From the NCBI RefSeq assembly GCF_009914755.1, contig NC_060931.1: a DNA stretch of 64,000 nt, one strand, 5' to 3'. Position numbers and translations under genes: made by a program. Within the stretch, counting starts at the first letter, position 1. Every line of letters begins with the position of its first letter. This DNA comes from the human T2T-CHM13v2.0 reference genome, Homo sapiens. Under the pieces are notes generated by a model that saw nothing but the letters and a program-made list of their open reading frames with translations, did no database searches and was not told the origin of the DNA. Shown here in pieces: positions 28,030 through 51,429 of the stretch.

Positions 28030-28187
28030 TGCTGTGTCCGTTGACGTCTTGCGCTGGATGGTTCTTTGCTGTTGGGGGATGTCCCATGCGTTACAAAGTG
28101 CTCGGCCGCGCTCTGAGTCTTTCTCTATTCACTGGATGCCGGTGGCACCCTCCACCCCACTACCCTGTGTGATAATCAAAAATGTTC
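28030..28187 (-). mobile_element. MER20 (hAT-Charlie) DNA transposon fragment
   Basis: TTGAC..GGATGGTTCTTTGCTGTTGGGGGATGTCC..CACTGGATGCCGGTGGCACCC..TGTGATAATCAAAAATGT follows the MER20 layout. Confidence 0.7.
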
Positions 28188-29167
28188 TTGGGCTTGGCGC
28201 AGTGGCTCATGCCTGTAACCCCAGCACTTTGGGAGGCCAAGGCAGGAGGATCTCGAGTCCAGGAGTTTGAGACCAGCCTGGCTAACACAGTGAAACCCCG
28301 CCTCTACAAAAATTGTCCAGGTGTACTGCTGTGTGCCTGTAGTCCTGGGAGGCTGAGGCAGGAGGATCACTTGAGCCCAGGGGGTGGAGGCTGCAGTGAG
28401 CTATGATTGCAGGACTGTACTCCAGCCTGGGTGACAGAGCAAAGCCCCATCTCAAACAAAAAAATACCTCCTGAAGGGCCCATTTAGGAGCCAGGAACCT
28501 CAGAGGCATGGTCAGTGCAGGTAACCTCTGCCTACCTAACCACCTGGCTGGTGGATGTGCACGCCTATCAAGGCTGATTGGGAAGAATTATGTCTACTCC
28601 AGTGAGGAGCACCAAGAAGGAAGCTGACAATGGCTTCAGGAGTCTTGGGAAAGAGGAAGAGTCTCTTCATACCATTTCCATCCTTATCTGTGGCTTCTTG
28701 AGGCTGGTGTCAGGAAACCTGAAACACAAAAGCCCTAGCCCTGGAGCAGAAGAGCCTCCCAGCCTTCTCCCCAAATGCTACCGGTATATGGAACATGATC
28801 GCCCCTAAACAGATTTAAGACAGCTGGTTTTTTTGTGTGTATGCATTTTGCTTTGTTTTGTTTTTTTTTTGTTTTTTAGATGGAGTCTCACACTATTGCC
28901 CAGGCTGGAGCGCAATGGTTCGAACTCAGCTTACTGCAACCTCCGCCTTCTGGGTTCAAGCGATTCTCCTGCCTCAGCCTCCCGAGTAGCTCGGATTATA
29001 GGTGCCCACCACCATGCCCAGCTAATTTTTTGTATTTTTAGTAGAGACGGTTTCACTATGTTGGCCACGCTGGTCTTGAACTCCTGACCTTGTGATCCGC
29101 CCGCCTTGGTCTCCCAAAGTGCTGGGATTACAGGCATGAGCCACCACGCCTGGCCTACGACAGCTCT

Positions 29168-29255
29168 TTTTAAGGACTTTTTTAGAGCAGTTTAGGTTCA
29201 CAGCACAATTGAGAGGAAGGTACAGAGACATCCCATTTACCCCTGTCCCTGAACA
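29168..29255 (-). mobile_element. L1M (L1MC/MB-like) 3' end fragment
   Basis: TTTTTAGAGCAGTTTAGGTTCACAGCACAATTGAGAGGAAGGTACAGAGA. Confidence 0.7.
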
Positions 29256-29304
29256 AGATGCACTTCACTGAGGTTATGTTAGATTCCAGAGAAACATTGG
29301 TTGA

Positions 29305-29538
<234 letters not shown>

Positions 29539-30291
29539 TAAGATTACGGGCATGCACCAGCATGCTCGGCTAATTTTTGTATTTTTCATAGTGATGGGGT
29601 TTCACCCTGTTGGCCAGGCTGGTCTCAAACTCCTGACCTCAGGTGATCCGCCCACCTCAGCCTCCCAAAGTGTTGGGTTTACAGGTGTGAGCGACCGAGC
29701 CCAGCCAGAAATATAAACTAGTTGACTGTGAGTTATCAGATGTCATGAAATTGTTAGCTTCCAGGTTCAGGGGCTCTGTGATACGTGACGACAAACAGAA
29801 GAAATGGTATGTGGTGCTGCAGTGGGCCTCCCTGGTTTAATAATACGTTCATTTTATTCCAGTTCTGTATCACAAATACAGAAGGGTATAATTTAGCATA
29901 GAAAGTCTCCATAGATCTTCTATATATTATGGTATGTATGTCTACAGATTCACAATTATGTTCTGTTCACCAGTGCAACACAAAAATAAAAATTACCTGT
30001 CTGTAGCACACTCGGAACACACCCCTGCGTCCCTCTGGGATGTTCTCATGCTTTTTAGATCTGTTAGTCGTAATGATTTCATTTCTTCCCATAGCCTGGG
30101 CAACAAGAGTGAAACTCCATCTCAAAAGAAAAAAAAACTTCATATCCACAGTTGTCTTTATAATTAAGTATAGACTGGCTAAAGTGGCTCAGGCCTGTAA
30201 TCCCAGCACTTTGGGAGGCCGAGGTGGGCAGATCATGAGATCAGGAGTTTGAGACCAGCCTGACCAACATGGTGAAACTCCATCTCTACTA

Positions 30292-30450
<159 letters not shown>

Positions 30451-30505
30451 TCAAAAAAAAAAAAAAAAAAAAAAAAAGTATACTTACAAAAATAGATCAC
30501 TCTAG

Positions 30506-30767
<262 letters not shown>

Positions 30768-31013
30768 TGAACTGCTGACCTCAGGTGATCCACTCGCCTC
30801 GGCGTCCCAAAGCGCTGGGATTACAGGCGTGAGCCACAGCGCCCAGCTGACCATGCCTTCCTTAAGCCACCAAAGTGGCCGAATTTCATCCCGATATGGG
30901 ACCTCTGCCTAGGGTGGCGTCGTAGTTTTGGTTGAGGGCTGTTTCCCTGGCGATGTCCCTCCTAGAGGTTCGGCGACCTCGTGATGTGACTTTGTGACGA
31001 TCCCACGGTCTCT

Positions 31014-32001
31014 TCACCCATGCAGCTTCTCCCTCGTGTGGATCCCGTGGTGGCGGATGAGGTTCGCCTTCCGGGAGGTCTTCCCGCAGTCCGAGCACTC
31101 GTACGGTTTCTTCCCCGCGAGTCCGCCTGTGGGTCAGGAGGCAGGAGTCCTGGGAGCAGCTTTCCCGCACTCCACGCAGCCGCAGGGCTTCTCCCCCGTG
31201 TGAGTCCTCTGACGCAGGATGAGGTGTGACTTCTGGAAAAAGGCCTTTCCGCATTCCCTGCAGCCGCAGGGCTTCTCCCCCGGGTGGGAGCGAAGGTGCT
31301 CGATGAGGCGCGGCTTGTGGGAGGTTTTCTCACACTCCCAACACTTGTAAGGCTTCGCTCCGGCGTGAACTGTGCCCGGGACACACAGGCGTGTCTTCCG
31401 GAAGATCGTTTTACCACTTCTGCTGTCTCTAGCGGGTTTCTCCTTTGTGTGAGTTCCCTGTTTGTCAGGGCAAAGCTTCTCCCTGAAACCACTCCCCCGT
31501 TCACTGCACGCAGAGGACTTCTCCCCCGCGTGGACCCCGTGATGTACCCTGAGGTCCGATCTGCAGCACAAGGCTTTCCCACACTTCGTGCATTCGTGGG
31601 GTTTCTCACTACTGGCTCCCTGAGCTGCAGGAACTCCCTCGTCACAGCTTAAAGCACTTCCACACTGGTGACCTCCGCGTGGATTCGCTCCTGAAGGTGG
31701 AGTTTCAAGTTTCGAATAGAGAAGTTTCCGTGGCCGTCGCACTGAAATCTCCTCCTCGCCAGGTAGGCGTTAGGAGTGAAGTCCAGCTTACACATCAAAC
31801 TCTTTCTGCACAAGTCACGTGTGCGGACCTGCTGTTTTGATGGAAGGAGGTTTGGGTTCTGATGGAGTTTTTTTCCAAGTTCGTTACATTCATGAAGCTC
31901 ATTTCCGGTCCAGTCTTTCTTGTCTAGAAACGTATGGCTCAAATGTTGGTCTTCGTGTTGCTGTTGGCTATCTGGCTGGGTAGCAACTTGCCAAACTTCT
32001 T
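31014..32001 (-). pseudogene. Terminal exon: spacer plus degenerate C2H2 finger array
   Basis: Acceptor TTTTTTTTTCTAG| then EEVWQV...EVL* (stop 31649-51). Shifted frames give EKPHECTKCGKALCCRSDLRVHHGVHAGEK, KPYKCWEC..HLRSHPGEKP, CRECGKAFFQKSHLILRQRTHTGEKP and [20 protein letters not shown]. Confidence 0.92.
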
Positions 32002-32005
32002 CTAG

Positions 32006-32155
<150 letters not shown>

Positions 32156-32370
32156 TGAGTAGCTGGGATTACAGGTGCCAGCCACCATGCTCAGCTAATT
32201 TTTGTATTGTTAGTACAGACAGGGTTTCACCATGTTGGCCAGGCTGGTCTTGAACTCCTGACCTCAGGTGATCTGCTGGCTTCCGCCTCCCAAAGTGCAG
32301 GGATTACAGGCGTGAGCCACCGCACCTGGCCATAAATTTGTTAATCTTGGAGTACTGTATCACAAAACTA

Positions 32371-32955
<585 letters not shown>

Positions 32956-33164
32956 TGAGTCACTGCACCCAGCCATGAGCTCTTTATTGTTAAAGGAATT
33001 ATCTTAGAGCTAGCGGCATTTTCTGCAGTGACTTATTCTCACGTGGACCTATGGATCTTTATGATGTCCAACAGAAGAATACTAGAGTACACACAAGCCA
33101 TCCTGGCCTCAGATTCCCTGCTGTCTCCTGATGCCTGTATTACCACTTGTTTTTGTTTTGGTGA

Positions 33165-33365
<201 letters not shown>

Positions 33366-33671
33366 TGAGCTTCTGGCCTCAGGCGATCCTCCTGCCTTGG
33401 CCTCCCAATCAGCTGGGATTATAAAAATTAGCCAGGCACGGAGGCTCATGCCTAGTTTCTTTTTTTGTAGAGATGGAGTTTTGCTATGTTGCCCAGGCTA
33501 GTCTCGAACTCCTGGCCTCAAGCGATTCTTTTGCCTCAGCCTCTCCAAATGCTGAGATTACAGGCATGAGCCACCACACCTGGTGTATCTTCATTTGCAT
33601 TTTAAACTAAAGATGCTACCTGCTGCCTCACCTGTGAGGCTCATGTCCGACTCAAGGGTGTCACTCCTCTA

Positions 33672-34562
<891 letters not shown>

Positions 34563-36116
34563 TGATCCGCCCGCCTCAGCCTCCCAAAGTGCTGGGATTA
34601 CAGGCGTGAGCCACTGCGCCCAGCGGAACTGCTGAATTTCTGAGAGGTAAAGAGCACCTGTTCATCTCCGCCATCAGATTTCTAGGGTGAGACCCATCCA
34701 GGGGTATTTTTAAAGCTCCCCAAGTAATTTTCGTGTGGATCATCAATTAATTAGCAGCGTCCTGAACAAACACGTGAGAAAGAATCCTTGTCCTGATCCA
34801 AAGAGAGATTAAAGGAGTGTCCCCCAGAGCTTCTCGAAGAAACACGGACAAATGAAATAACAGCTCTTCTCCCCATGGGGTTATACTGAGTACAGCCCAT
34901 TAGGCAGAATGGAGCCATATTACATGGTTTTGAAAGAAGAATTTAAAAGTCATATAAAAGGTAATGTAGTAGGCTGAATAGTAGAGTAACCAGATGCGTG
35001 AAGTAGACAAAGTTGACATTAACCTCTAAGATCGGCCAGGCACAGTGACTCACACTTGTAATCCCAGCACCTTAAGAGGCCGGGGTGGGAGGATCGCTTG
35101 AGCCCAGGAGTTCAACACAATCCTGGGCAACATCGTGAGACCCCATCTCTACAAAAAAACCTTGAAGATGAGCCAAGTTTTTCTTTCTTTTTTTTTTTTT
35201 TAAGAAACAGGGTCTCGCGTGATCATAGCTCACTGCAACCTCGACCTCCTGGACTCAAGCGATCCTCCAGCCTCAGCCTCCCAAAGTGCTGGGACTACAG
35301 GTGACAGCTGCCATGCCTGGAGGGTTTAATTACTTCTGATTCCATTACTGGTGCCAGCTGATGTTCGATTTTTGTTTTTTGAGATGCGGTCAAGCCTGTT
35401 GCCCAGGCTGGAGGAACCACAGCTTATTGCAGCCTCAACCTCCTGGGCTCACGTGATCCTCTCCCCTCAGTCCCCGATTAGATGAGACTACAGGCGCGTG
35501 CCACCACACCCGGCTAATTTTTGTATTTTTAGTAGAAATGGGGTTTCACCCTGTTGGCCAGGCTGGTCTCAATCTCCTAAACCCATGTGATCTGCCTGCC
35601 TCAGCCTCTCAAAGTGCTGGGATTGCAGGTGTGAGCCACCATGCCTGGCCCCTGAATAAGCATTTAATAGAAAATAACCCAGCCCCTTCGTTTTCTGCAG
35701 CAGAAACTTGGTGATCAGCATGAATCAACGCCACACGAAGGTGAGCTGGGAGAGAGACAGCAATGATTTAACCTCATCAAGTTGGCCAGGTGCAATGGCT
35801 CACGCCTGTAATCCCAGCACTTTAGGAGGCCGAGGCGGGCGGATCACGAGGTCAGGAGATCAAGACCATCCTGGCCAACATGGTGAAACAGGATCTCCAC
35901 TAAAAATACAAAAATTAGCCAGGTGTGGTGGTGCGCGCCTGTAGTCCCAGCTACTCGGGAGGCAAAGGTTGCAGTGAGCCGAGATCACGCCACTACACTC
36001 CAGTCTGGCAGACAGAGTGAGACTCCATCTCAAAAATAGTCATTAAGTACACTAAAGGACAGGAATAGCTTTCACCAGTTTGTGGGTATTAAGAAGAGAA
36101 AGGGGACTAAATTTTA

Positions 36117-36797
<681 letters not shown>

Positions 36798-37394
36798 TCA
36801 GCCACATAAGAGCTGTTTCGCTTGGCAGGATAACTTCACGAGGACTCCAGTGGGATCGAGACTCTGACCACTGAAACCCAAGGCCAAGCACTTTTATTTT
36901 TCACACAGGGTCTTGCTCTGTTGCCCAGGCTGGAGTGCAATGGCACAATCACAGCTCACTGCAGCCTCAATCTCCTGCACTCCACTCAAGTGGTCCTCCT
37001 GTCTCAGCCTCCCGAGTAGCTGGGACTACAAGCATGCATCACCACCCTCAACTAATTTTTTAATTTTTTTGTAGAGATGGGGTTTTGCCATGTTGCCCAG
37101 GCAAGTCTTGAACTCGGGCCTCAAGTGATCCTTCCATTTGAGACTCGCAAGTAGCTGGGACTGCAGGCACATGCCACCATGCCTGGCTAATTTTTTATTT
37201 CTCGTTTGTATAGATCGGGTCTTGCACCTGTAGCTCAAGCAATCCTCCCACCTCGGCCTCCTAAAGTGCTGGGATCACAGGCATGAGCCACCATGCCCAG
37301 CTTAGCACTTTTAGTGCGTGAGCAGTTTCCCAGTTTTATACAACTAAGAAAAAGAGTTCATGTAACCCGAGGACCACGGGGAAGTCTTCCTCAC

Positions 37395-37521
37395 CCACAG
37401 AGAGCAGGTGGCTGTAGATCTCCAGCATCACATCCTGGTACAGGGTCCTCTGCTCCAGGTCCAGCTGCTGCCACTCTTTCCGGGTGAAGCCCACAGCCAC
37501 GTCCCCGAATGACAGTGACCC
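37395..37521 (-). other. KRAB-A exon (127 nt)
   Basis: TGTTCCAG| [42 protein letters not shown] |GTGAGG. Canonical 127-nt size. Confidence 0.95.
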
Positions 37522-38661
37522 CTGGAACAGCACATGGCTGATTAATGTGGAGTGATTGGCACTGGGTACCATGGCAAAGGCGTAGAGGAGATTGATCTTA
37601 AACCTTCCGACGTCAGCTTTCCCCATATTAGGTTACATAGGAAGCTGAGCACACCCCTAACTTTGTACTACACTTTGTGGAAGAGAAAAAAATAATCATT
37701 AGAAAAAAAATCTCGACTGGGTGCAGTGGCTCACGCCTGTAATCCCAGCACTTTGAGGGGCTGAAACGGGTGGATTGCTTGAGGTTAGGAGTTTGAGACC
37801 AGCCTGGCCAACATAGTCAAATCCCATCTCTACAAAAAATATATTAGATGGATATGCTGGTGGGTGCCTATAATCCCAGCTACCAGGGAGGCTCAGGCAG
37901 GAGAATTTCTTCAACCCAGGAGGCGTACGTTGCAGTGAGCCGAGATCCCGCCCTTGCACTCCAGGCTAGACAACAGAGTAAGACTCCATCTTAAAAAAAA
38001 AAAAAAAAAAAAAAGCATGTGAGGGTTGGGGGGCTTTCGTCACTGTGGCAGAGGTCAAGGGGGGATGCTGGGTAGAAAGAGCTGCAGTGGGTCCCCCGGA
38101 CACATGCTGCTGGAGTGGTGAGGGATGTTCATAGGCAAATGGGTGACCCAAAGTGTCCCCAATGGTGAGACAAGCGCGTGCAGAGGAGGGGCAGGAAGCA
38201 GGGCACAGCCCAGGGGCAGCAGCAGGGACCGGGAGCTATGTGGGAGTGGGGAGAGGCAATCCACAAAGAAGCCCAGAGCTCTGATCACCCTACGGACCCT
38301 GGGTTCTCTTCCAGACCACACTCTGATCTCTAGAAAACTTATGACCAAGGGCTAAAGGCTGCTGAAGCCAGTGACTTGTTTTTTTGAGATAGGGTCTCAC
38401 TGTGTTGCCCAGGCTGGAGTGCAATGTGCAATATCAGCTCACTGCAACCTCCGCCTCCTGGGTTCAAGTGATTCTCCTGCCTCAGCCGCCCAAGTAGCTG
38501 GGATTACAGGCATACGCCCAGCTAATTTATGTATTTTTAGTAGAGACAGGGTTTCACCATGAGGCCAGGCTGGTCTCGAACTCCCGACCTCAGGTGGTCC
38601 AGCTACCTCAGCCTCCCAAAGTGCTGGGATTACAGGTGTGAGCTATCATGCCTGGCGTCTA

Positions 38662-38686
38662 CGTAGTGTAGTATATGTATATACAT

Positions 38687-38727
<41 letters not shown>

Positions 38728-38900
38728 AATGTAGTTTACATACATGTATATATATATACAATGTCTACATAGTTTTTATACATACACATACAATGTCTAC
38801 ATAGTTAATTCATGTCTTTGTAATTTCTATGTAATTTATTCATACATAATTTCTATATAAATATATAATTTCCATGTAAATATGTAATTTCTATAGATAT
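38662..38900. repeat. (TA)n microsatellite and TA-rich low complexity
   Basis: Perfect (TA)n at ~38690-38723, flanked by degenerate TATACA/TCTACATAG units. Confidence 0.9.
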
Positions 38901-39123
38901 GCCTCTTATGGGTTTATTCATGAAATAACATATGAAAAGCACAGAGACCACAAAAGTGCTGGACAGACAGCGTTTAACGCGGTCATTGTCATCTTCAGTA
39001 CACAGACTGCCCTAACACAGAGTCACTCCCAGTGGGATTTGCCTTCCTACAGTGGCTTCTGGCTGGGCACGGTGGCTCATGCCTGTAATCCTAGCACTTT
39101 GGGAGGCTGAGGCGGGCAGATCA

Positions 39124-39503
<380 letters not shown>

Positions 39504-39539
39504 TCACAAAGCACAAAAAAACCCAGGCTCTGTGAACGT

Positions 39540-40570
<1,031 letters not shown>

Positions 40571-40676
40571 ATTAGAACTTCTAACCAGTGCAGTCCACAC
40601 TCACACATTCCTAGAACCCGGGGTGAAGAGCAGGAGGAGGAGAATGCTTCCAGGCTGATGGAAAACACTGATGTCA

Positions 40677-40949
<273 letters not shown>

Positions 40950-40979
40950 TTAAAAAAACCCATTATGGCAAGCAATTTC

Positions 40980-41019
40980 AGATGAGATCAGGCACGTTCA
41001 GGGTGGTGTGGCGGTAGAC
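40980..41019 (-). pseudogene. 5S rRNA retro-fragment (first 40 nt)
   Basis: Reverse complement GTCTACCGCCACACCACCCTGAACGTGCCTGATCTCATCT versus the 5S 5' end GTCTACGGCCATACCACCCTGAACGCGCCCGATCTCGTCT: 5 mismatches. Flanked by 15-bp imperfect direct repeats. Confidence 0.9.
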
Positions 41020-41430
41020 ATGGCAGGCTGTTTCAAGAACACGCAGTTCATTCATTCGTTCCTCTAGATAATGCAGTGTTACATCCAGGTCACTTGGCAC
41101 CGCACAAGGCTGTCTCTGTAGACCTGAGTGTTCGGCATCCCCAAACAACCAGAATCACAGACGGCTGCTTTGGCATAATATCTGCTGTTTATACAGAGAG
41201 GAAGAAAAGTCACAAGAGATTTCCTGTTGTGTTTCTTTCAAGATGGTTGTTATTGAGGAACGGGCCTGCTACATCTTGCATACAAAGATCAAATATATCT
41301 TTAAATGCCCTAAAGAGCTGTATTTCCCCTGAGAAGTAGACACGGTTGTCCAAAACAGACAACACAAGTCATATATTAGATGGAATCTGCCTGCGTTTTT
41401 AAAGTGACAGAAATGTCAGATATAAATTTA

Positions 41431-41811
<381 letters not shown>

Positions 41812-41959
41812 TCACCGATCCTGATTTCCGTTTGTATTTTGTTTTATCGGATACCCTTTTTTTTTTTTTTTTAAGACAGAGTCTCACTCTGTCACCCAGG
41901 CTGCAGTGCAATGGCACGATCTCAGCTCACTGCAACCTCTACCTCCTGGGTTCAAGTGA

Positions 41960-42172
<213 letters not shown>

Positions 42173-42226
42173 TGAGCATCCGAAATCCCTGCTAAAAAGG
42201 GCAGTAGAAAGAAATGCCACACTCAC

Positions 42227-42268
42227 CTGGGCCATAGTTCTTCTTCTCTATTCTGGAAAAGCAGACAC
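42227..42268 (-). other. Start-codon exon of the KRAB-ZNF gene (ATG GCC CAG, 42235-42227)
   Basis: CTGATGTCTGCCTTCACAG|...AGAACT ATG GCC CAG|GTGAGT. Perfect donor, phase 0 into the KRAB-A exon, in-frame TAG upstream of the ATG. Confidence 0.8.
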
Positions 42269-42634
42269 CTGTGAAGGCAGACATCAGGGTGGGGAGAGAG
42301 GATATGAGAGGCCACGCTTGCCCTTGGGCTCCCAATCAACTGCTGGGACCACCCCCGCCCTCTCCCAGGCGCAGGTGGGAGAAAACCTCCTCTGAAGGGT
42401 CCCCATTATCAAAGCAAAGCCCTCACCTTACAAATGTCATAGAGACTCAATCTTGTGAGGCCTTACTTGGATTTTTGTTTTGTTTTTTGAAATGGGGTTT
42501 CACTCTGTCGCCCAGGCTGGAACACAGTGATGCAATCACGACTCAATGCAGCCCTGGACTCCCAGGTTCCAGCGATCCTCCCACCCCAGCCTCCAGAGAA
42601 GCTGGGACTATAGGTGTGTCACATGCCCAGCTAA

Positions 42635-42674
<40 letters not shown>

Positions 42675-42680
42675 TTTTGA

Positions 42681-42821
<141 letters not shown>

Positions 42822-43538
42822 TGAATAATTTTTTGTATTTTTAGTAGAGACGGGGTTTCACCGTGTTAGCCAGGATGGTCTCGATCTCCTGACCTCGTGA
42901 TCTGCCCTCCTCGGCCTCCCAAAGTGCTGGGATTACAAGCGTAAGTCACTGCGCCCAGCCATGCCCAGCTAATTTTTAAATTTTTTGGTAGAGACAGGGT
43001 CTCACTGTATTGCCCAGGCTGGTCTCAAACTCCTGGGTTCAAGCAATCTGCCTGCCTCAGCCTCCCAAAACCTTGGGATTACAGGGGTGAACCACCACGA
43101 CTGACTGAAGTTTTTCTTAATGAGTATGTGCATCTGTGTCTCAGTAACCAATGTGCAATTTACTACAATCCCCACCCATTACCCAAAAATGTAATTACTA
43201 GAAATTTATTCTGAAGAAACAGGCCGGACACAGAGGCTCACGCCTGTAATCACCACACTTTGGGAGGCCGAGGCAGGTGCATCACCTGAGGTCAGGAGTT
43301 CAAGATCAGCTTGGCCAATATGGTGAAACCCCATCTCTACTAAAAATACAAATATCAGCCGGGTGTGGTGGCATGTGCCTGTAATCCCAGCTACTCAAGA
43401 GGCTGAGGCAGGAGAATCTCTTGAACTTGGGAGGCAGAGGTTGCAGGGAGCCAAGATTGCACCATACCACTGCACTCCAGCCTGGGCGACACAGCAAGAC
43501 TCCATCCCCCTCAAAAAATTATAAGAAAACTTTTTTGA

Positions 43539-44551
<1,013 letters not shown>

Positions 44552-44568
44552 TTATCTTTGCATGGTAG

Positions 44569-44752
<184 letters not shown>

Positions 44753-45169
44753 TAATTTTTGTATTTTTTGTGGAGACAGGGTTTCACCATGTTGCCCAGG
44801 CTGGTCTCGAACTCCTAGGGGCTCAAGTGATCCTCCTGCCTCAGCCACCCAAAGTTGCTGGTATTACAGGCATGAGCCGCCTCACTGGGCGGATTTTTTT
44901 CTTAACATATTGATATTTTCTAATTTCTTCAACAAGAAATTGGTGCTGTTTCACATGTAAATATTTCATAACAATATACATGCATTTTACTGGGTTTTCT
45001 CCCCATGGGCTCCTATCAAAGTCCTTCCCCTGGTGAAAGGGAAGCCATGGGGAGGGCTGAAGGCAGAGAAGGTGGGACGGGCCAAGTCTTAGCCATGATT
45101 GTGGAACAGTGGAAGAAGAGCCTGTCTGGTGCTCGGGGGCCCTGGGTGTGAGTACCGGCTCACCCTCTA

Positions 45170-45328
<159 letters not shown>

Positions 45329-45734
45329 TCACCTGAGGTCAGGAGTTTGAGGCCAGCCTGGCCAACATGGCAAAACCCCATCTTTACCAAAAATACAAAA
45401 ATTAGCCGGGTGTGGTAGTGGGCGCCTGTAATCCCAGCTACTCGGGAGGTGGAAGCAAGAGAATCGCTTGAACCCAGGAGGCGGAGGTTGCAGAATGCCG
45501 AGATCAGTCACTTTAAAAAAAAAAAAAAAAAAAGATTGGCTCCCCCCCCAACCCCCACCCCAAAGAAAGCAAATTCTATGGCTTGACTATAGTGTAGGAT
45601 CCAGGGACAGTGTGGTCCGGGCTTGTCCTCTGAGCACCAGGGACATGCTCTGGCCCTGAGCCCACAAACTTGTACTCCCTAAAGCAAGAGCCTCTTTCTC
45701 CTCCTAGCAAACCTTCCACTCAACTGAAACCTAG

Positions 45735-46145
<411 letters not shown>

Positions 46146-46639
46146 TGACCCTCCGGCTTCAGCCCTAAGCTATGTGAAGAGGTCTCAGAACTGGGGTCTC
46201 GCTTTCCAAAGTAGATTCCTGCTCCCCGTTGTCAAGTTCTTCACAGGAATGCTTTTACTCCCAGCATGCCTGGGTCTCGAACACTTGGGCAACTCCACTT
46301 GGCTGCCAAGGCTCTGCTCCCCTACTGAGAACTTACCTTCAGGTGGGGACTCAAGCTTCAGCCTCTGAGGTTCTCGGGACCAGGGTAGAAACAAGCTTGC
46401 TATGCTGAGAGGAGGGACCCACCTTGCTGACAAAGTCCGATCCTGAGCTTTTGCAAAGACACCAGGAAAACCTGAAATTAAAATGACGCAGGGAGGCTCA
46501 CATGAAAATATTAGCACACCTGTCATCTCAGTACTTTGGGAGCCTGAGGCAGGAGAATTGCTTGAGGCCAGGAGTTCGAGACCAGCCTAGTCAACAAACA
46601 CCCCACCTCTACAGGGGGAAAAGAAGACATTGGCAGGGT

Positions 46640-47784
<1,145 letters not shown>

Positions 47785-48006
47785 TCATGAGGTCAGGAGA
47801 TCAAGACCATCCTGGTTAGCACAGTGAAACCCTGTCTCTAATAAAAATACAAAAAAATCAGCTGGGTATGGTGGCGGGCGCCTGTAGCCCCAGCTACTCA
47901 GGAGGCTGAGGTAGGAGAATGGCGTGAACCCAGGAGGCAGAGTTTGCAGTAAGCCGAAATCGCACCACTGCACTCCAGCCTGGGCGACAGAGCAAGACTG
48001 TCTCAA

Positions 48007-48044
<38 letters not shown>

Positions 48045-48544
48045 TACATATATTGCATAGATCCCACTGACTCAAAAAGCAATACAATTAGAAAATAAAA
48101 AGAATGCAAAAAAAAATTAAATCACCAAATATGAAATGAATCCATACTCAAAAATATTCCCAAAGAAACACGAGGCCTATATGTTTTTCAGGAATTTTAT
48201 AAAACTGTCTTCAAGACTTTTGCAATGTGTATAAGTGGTTTATTCAGGTTTTCTATATGTCAGTCAATTTTAGCAATTTACAATTTTCTACAAATGTGTC
48301 TTACTTAATTTCAGAGTTATGCCATTAAATGATTTATAGTAACATCTCATTTTTTAAAAATCTACTGGCCAGGCACGGTGGCTGATGCCTGTAATCCCAG
48401 CACTTTGGGAGGCCAAGGCAGGTGGATCACCTCAGGTGAAGAGTTCGAGACCAGCCTGGTCAACATGGTAAAACCTCGTCTCTACTAAAACTACAAAAAA
48501 AAAAATTAGCTGGACATGGTGGCACATGCCTGTAGTCCCAGCTA

Positions 48545-48712
<168 letters not shown>

Positions 48713-49143
48713 TCAGCACTTTGGGAGGCTGAAGAGGGCAGATTGCCTGAGGTCAGGAGTTCGAGACCAGTCTGGCCAACATAGTGAAACCCCATATCTA
48801 CTAAAAATACAAAAAAATTAGCCGGGCGTGGTGGCGTGTGCCTGTAATCGCAGCTACTCCAGAGGCTGAGGCAGGGGAATTGCTTGAACCAGGGAGATGG
48901 AGGTTGCGGTGGAGCCAAGATCGCACTACTGCACCCCAGCCTGGGTAACAGAGCAAACTCCATCTCAAAAAATAAAAATAAATAAAAATAAAAATAAATC
49001 TACTGTATCTGAAATCATCTCATCTTCCATTCTAAAAATAGCTTATTTTGGCCAGGCACAGTGGCTCACACCTGTAATCCCAGCACTTTGGGAGGCCGAC
49101 ACGGGCAGATCACAAGGTCAGGAGATCGAGACCATCGTGGCTA

Positions 49144-49405
<262 letters not shown>

Positions 49406-49477
49406 TTATTAGTTTTAAATACAAATCAAATTTTTTTTTGGAAGGGGGAGGTTTAACAAATCCTTTCCAATAAGTGA

Positions 49478-49708
<231 letters not shown>

Positions 49709-49742
49709 TAGCCAGGACGGTCTCGATATCCTGACCTTGTGA

Positions 49743-49938
<196 letters not shown>

Positions 49939-49985
49939 GCGCAGGCGGCTGATGAAAAAGGTCCCACCACAAGGTGGCAGAGTAA

Positions 49986-50345
<360 letters not shown>

Positions 50346-50533
50346 TGATCCGCTTGCCTCAGCCTCCCAATATGCTGGGGTTAAAGGCATGAGCCACCGC
50401 TCCCAGCTAGCCTTGGGGTCTTAATAGCCACATGGTTTGTCTTATACATGGCCGGCAGATGTTGGGTACAGTTTCCCAGGTATGCACACCAAGAGATCTC
50501 TAAATCACTACAAATCTGCATGTACTTGGGCTA

Positions 50534-50749
<216 letters not shown>

Positions 50750-50860
50750 TCAGGAGATCAAGACCATCATGCTAGCTAACACGGTGAAACCCTGTCTCTA
50801 CTAAAAATACAAAAAATTAGCCAGGCGTGGTGGCGGGTGCCTGCAGTCCCAAACTACTCA

Positions 50861-51429
<569 letters not shown>

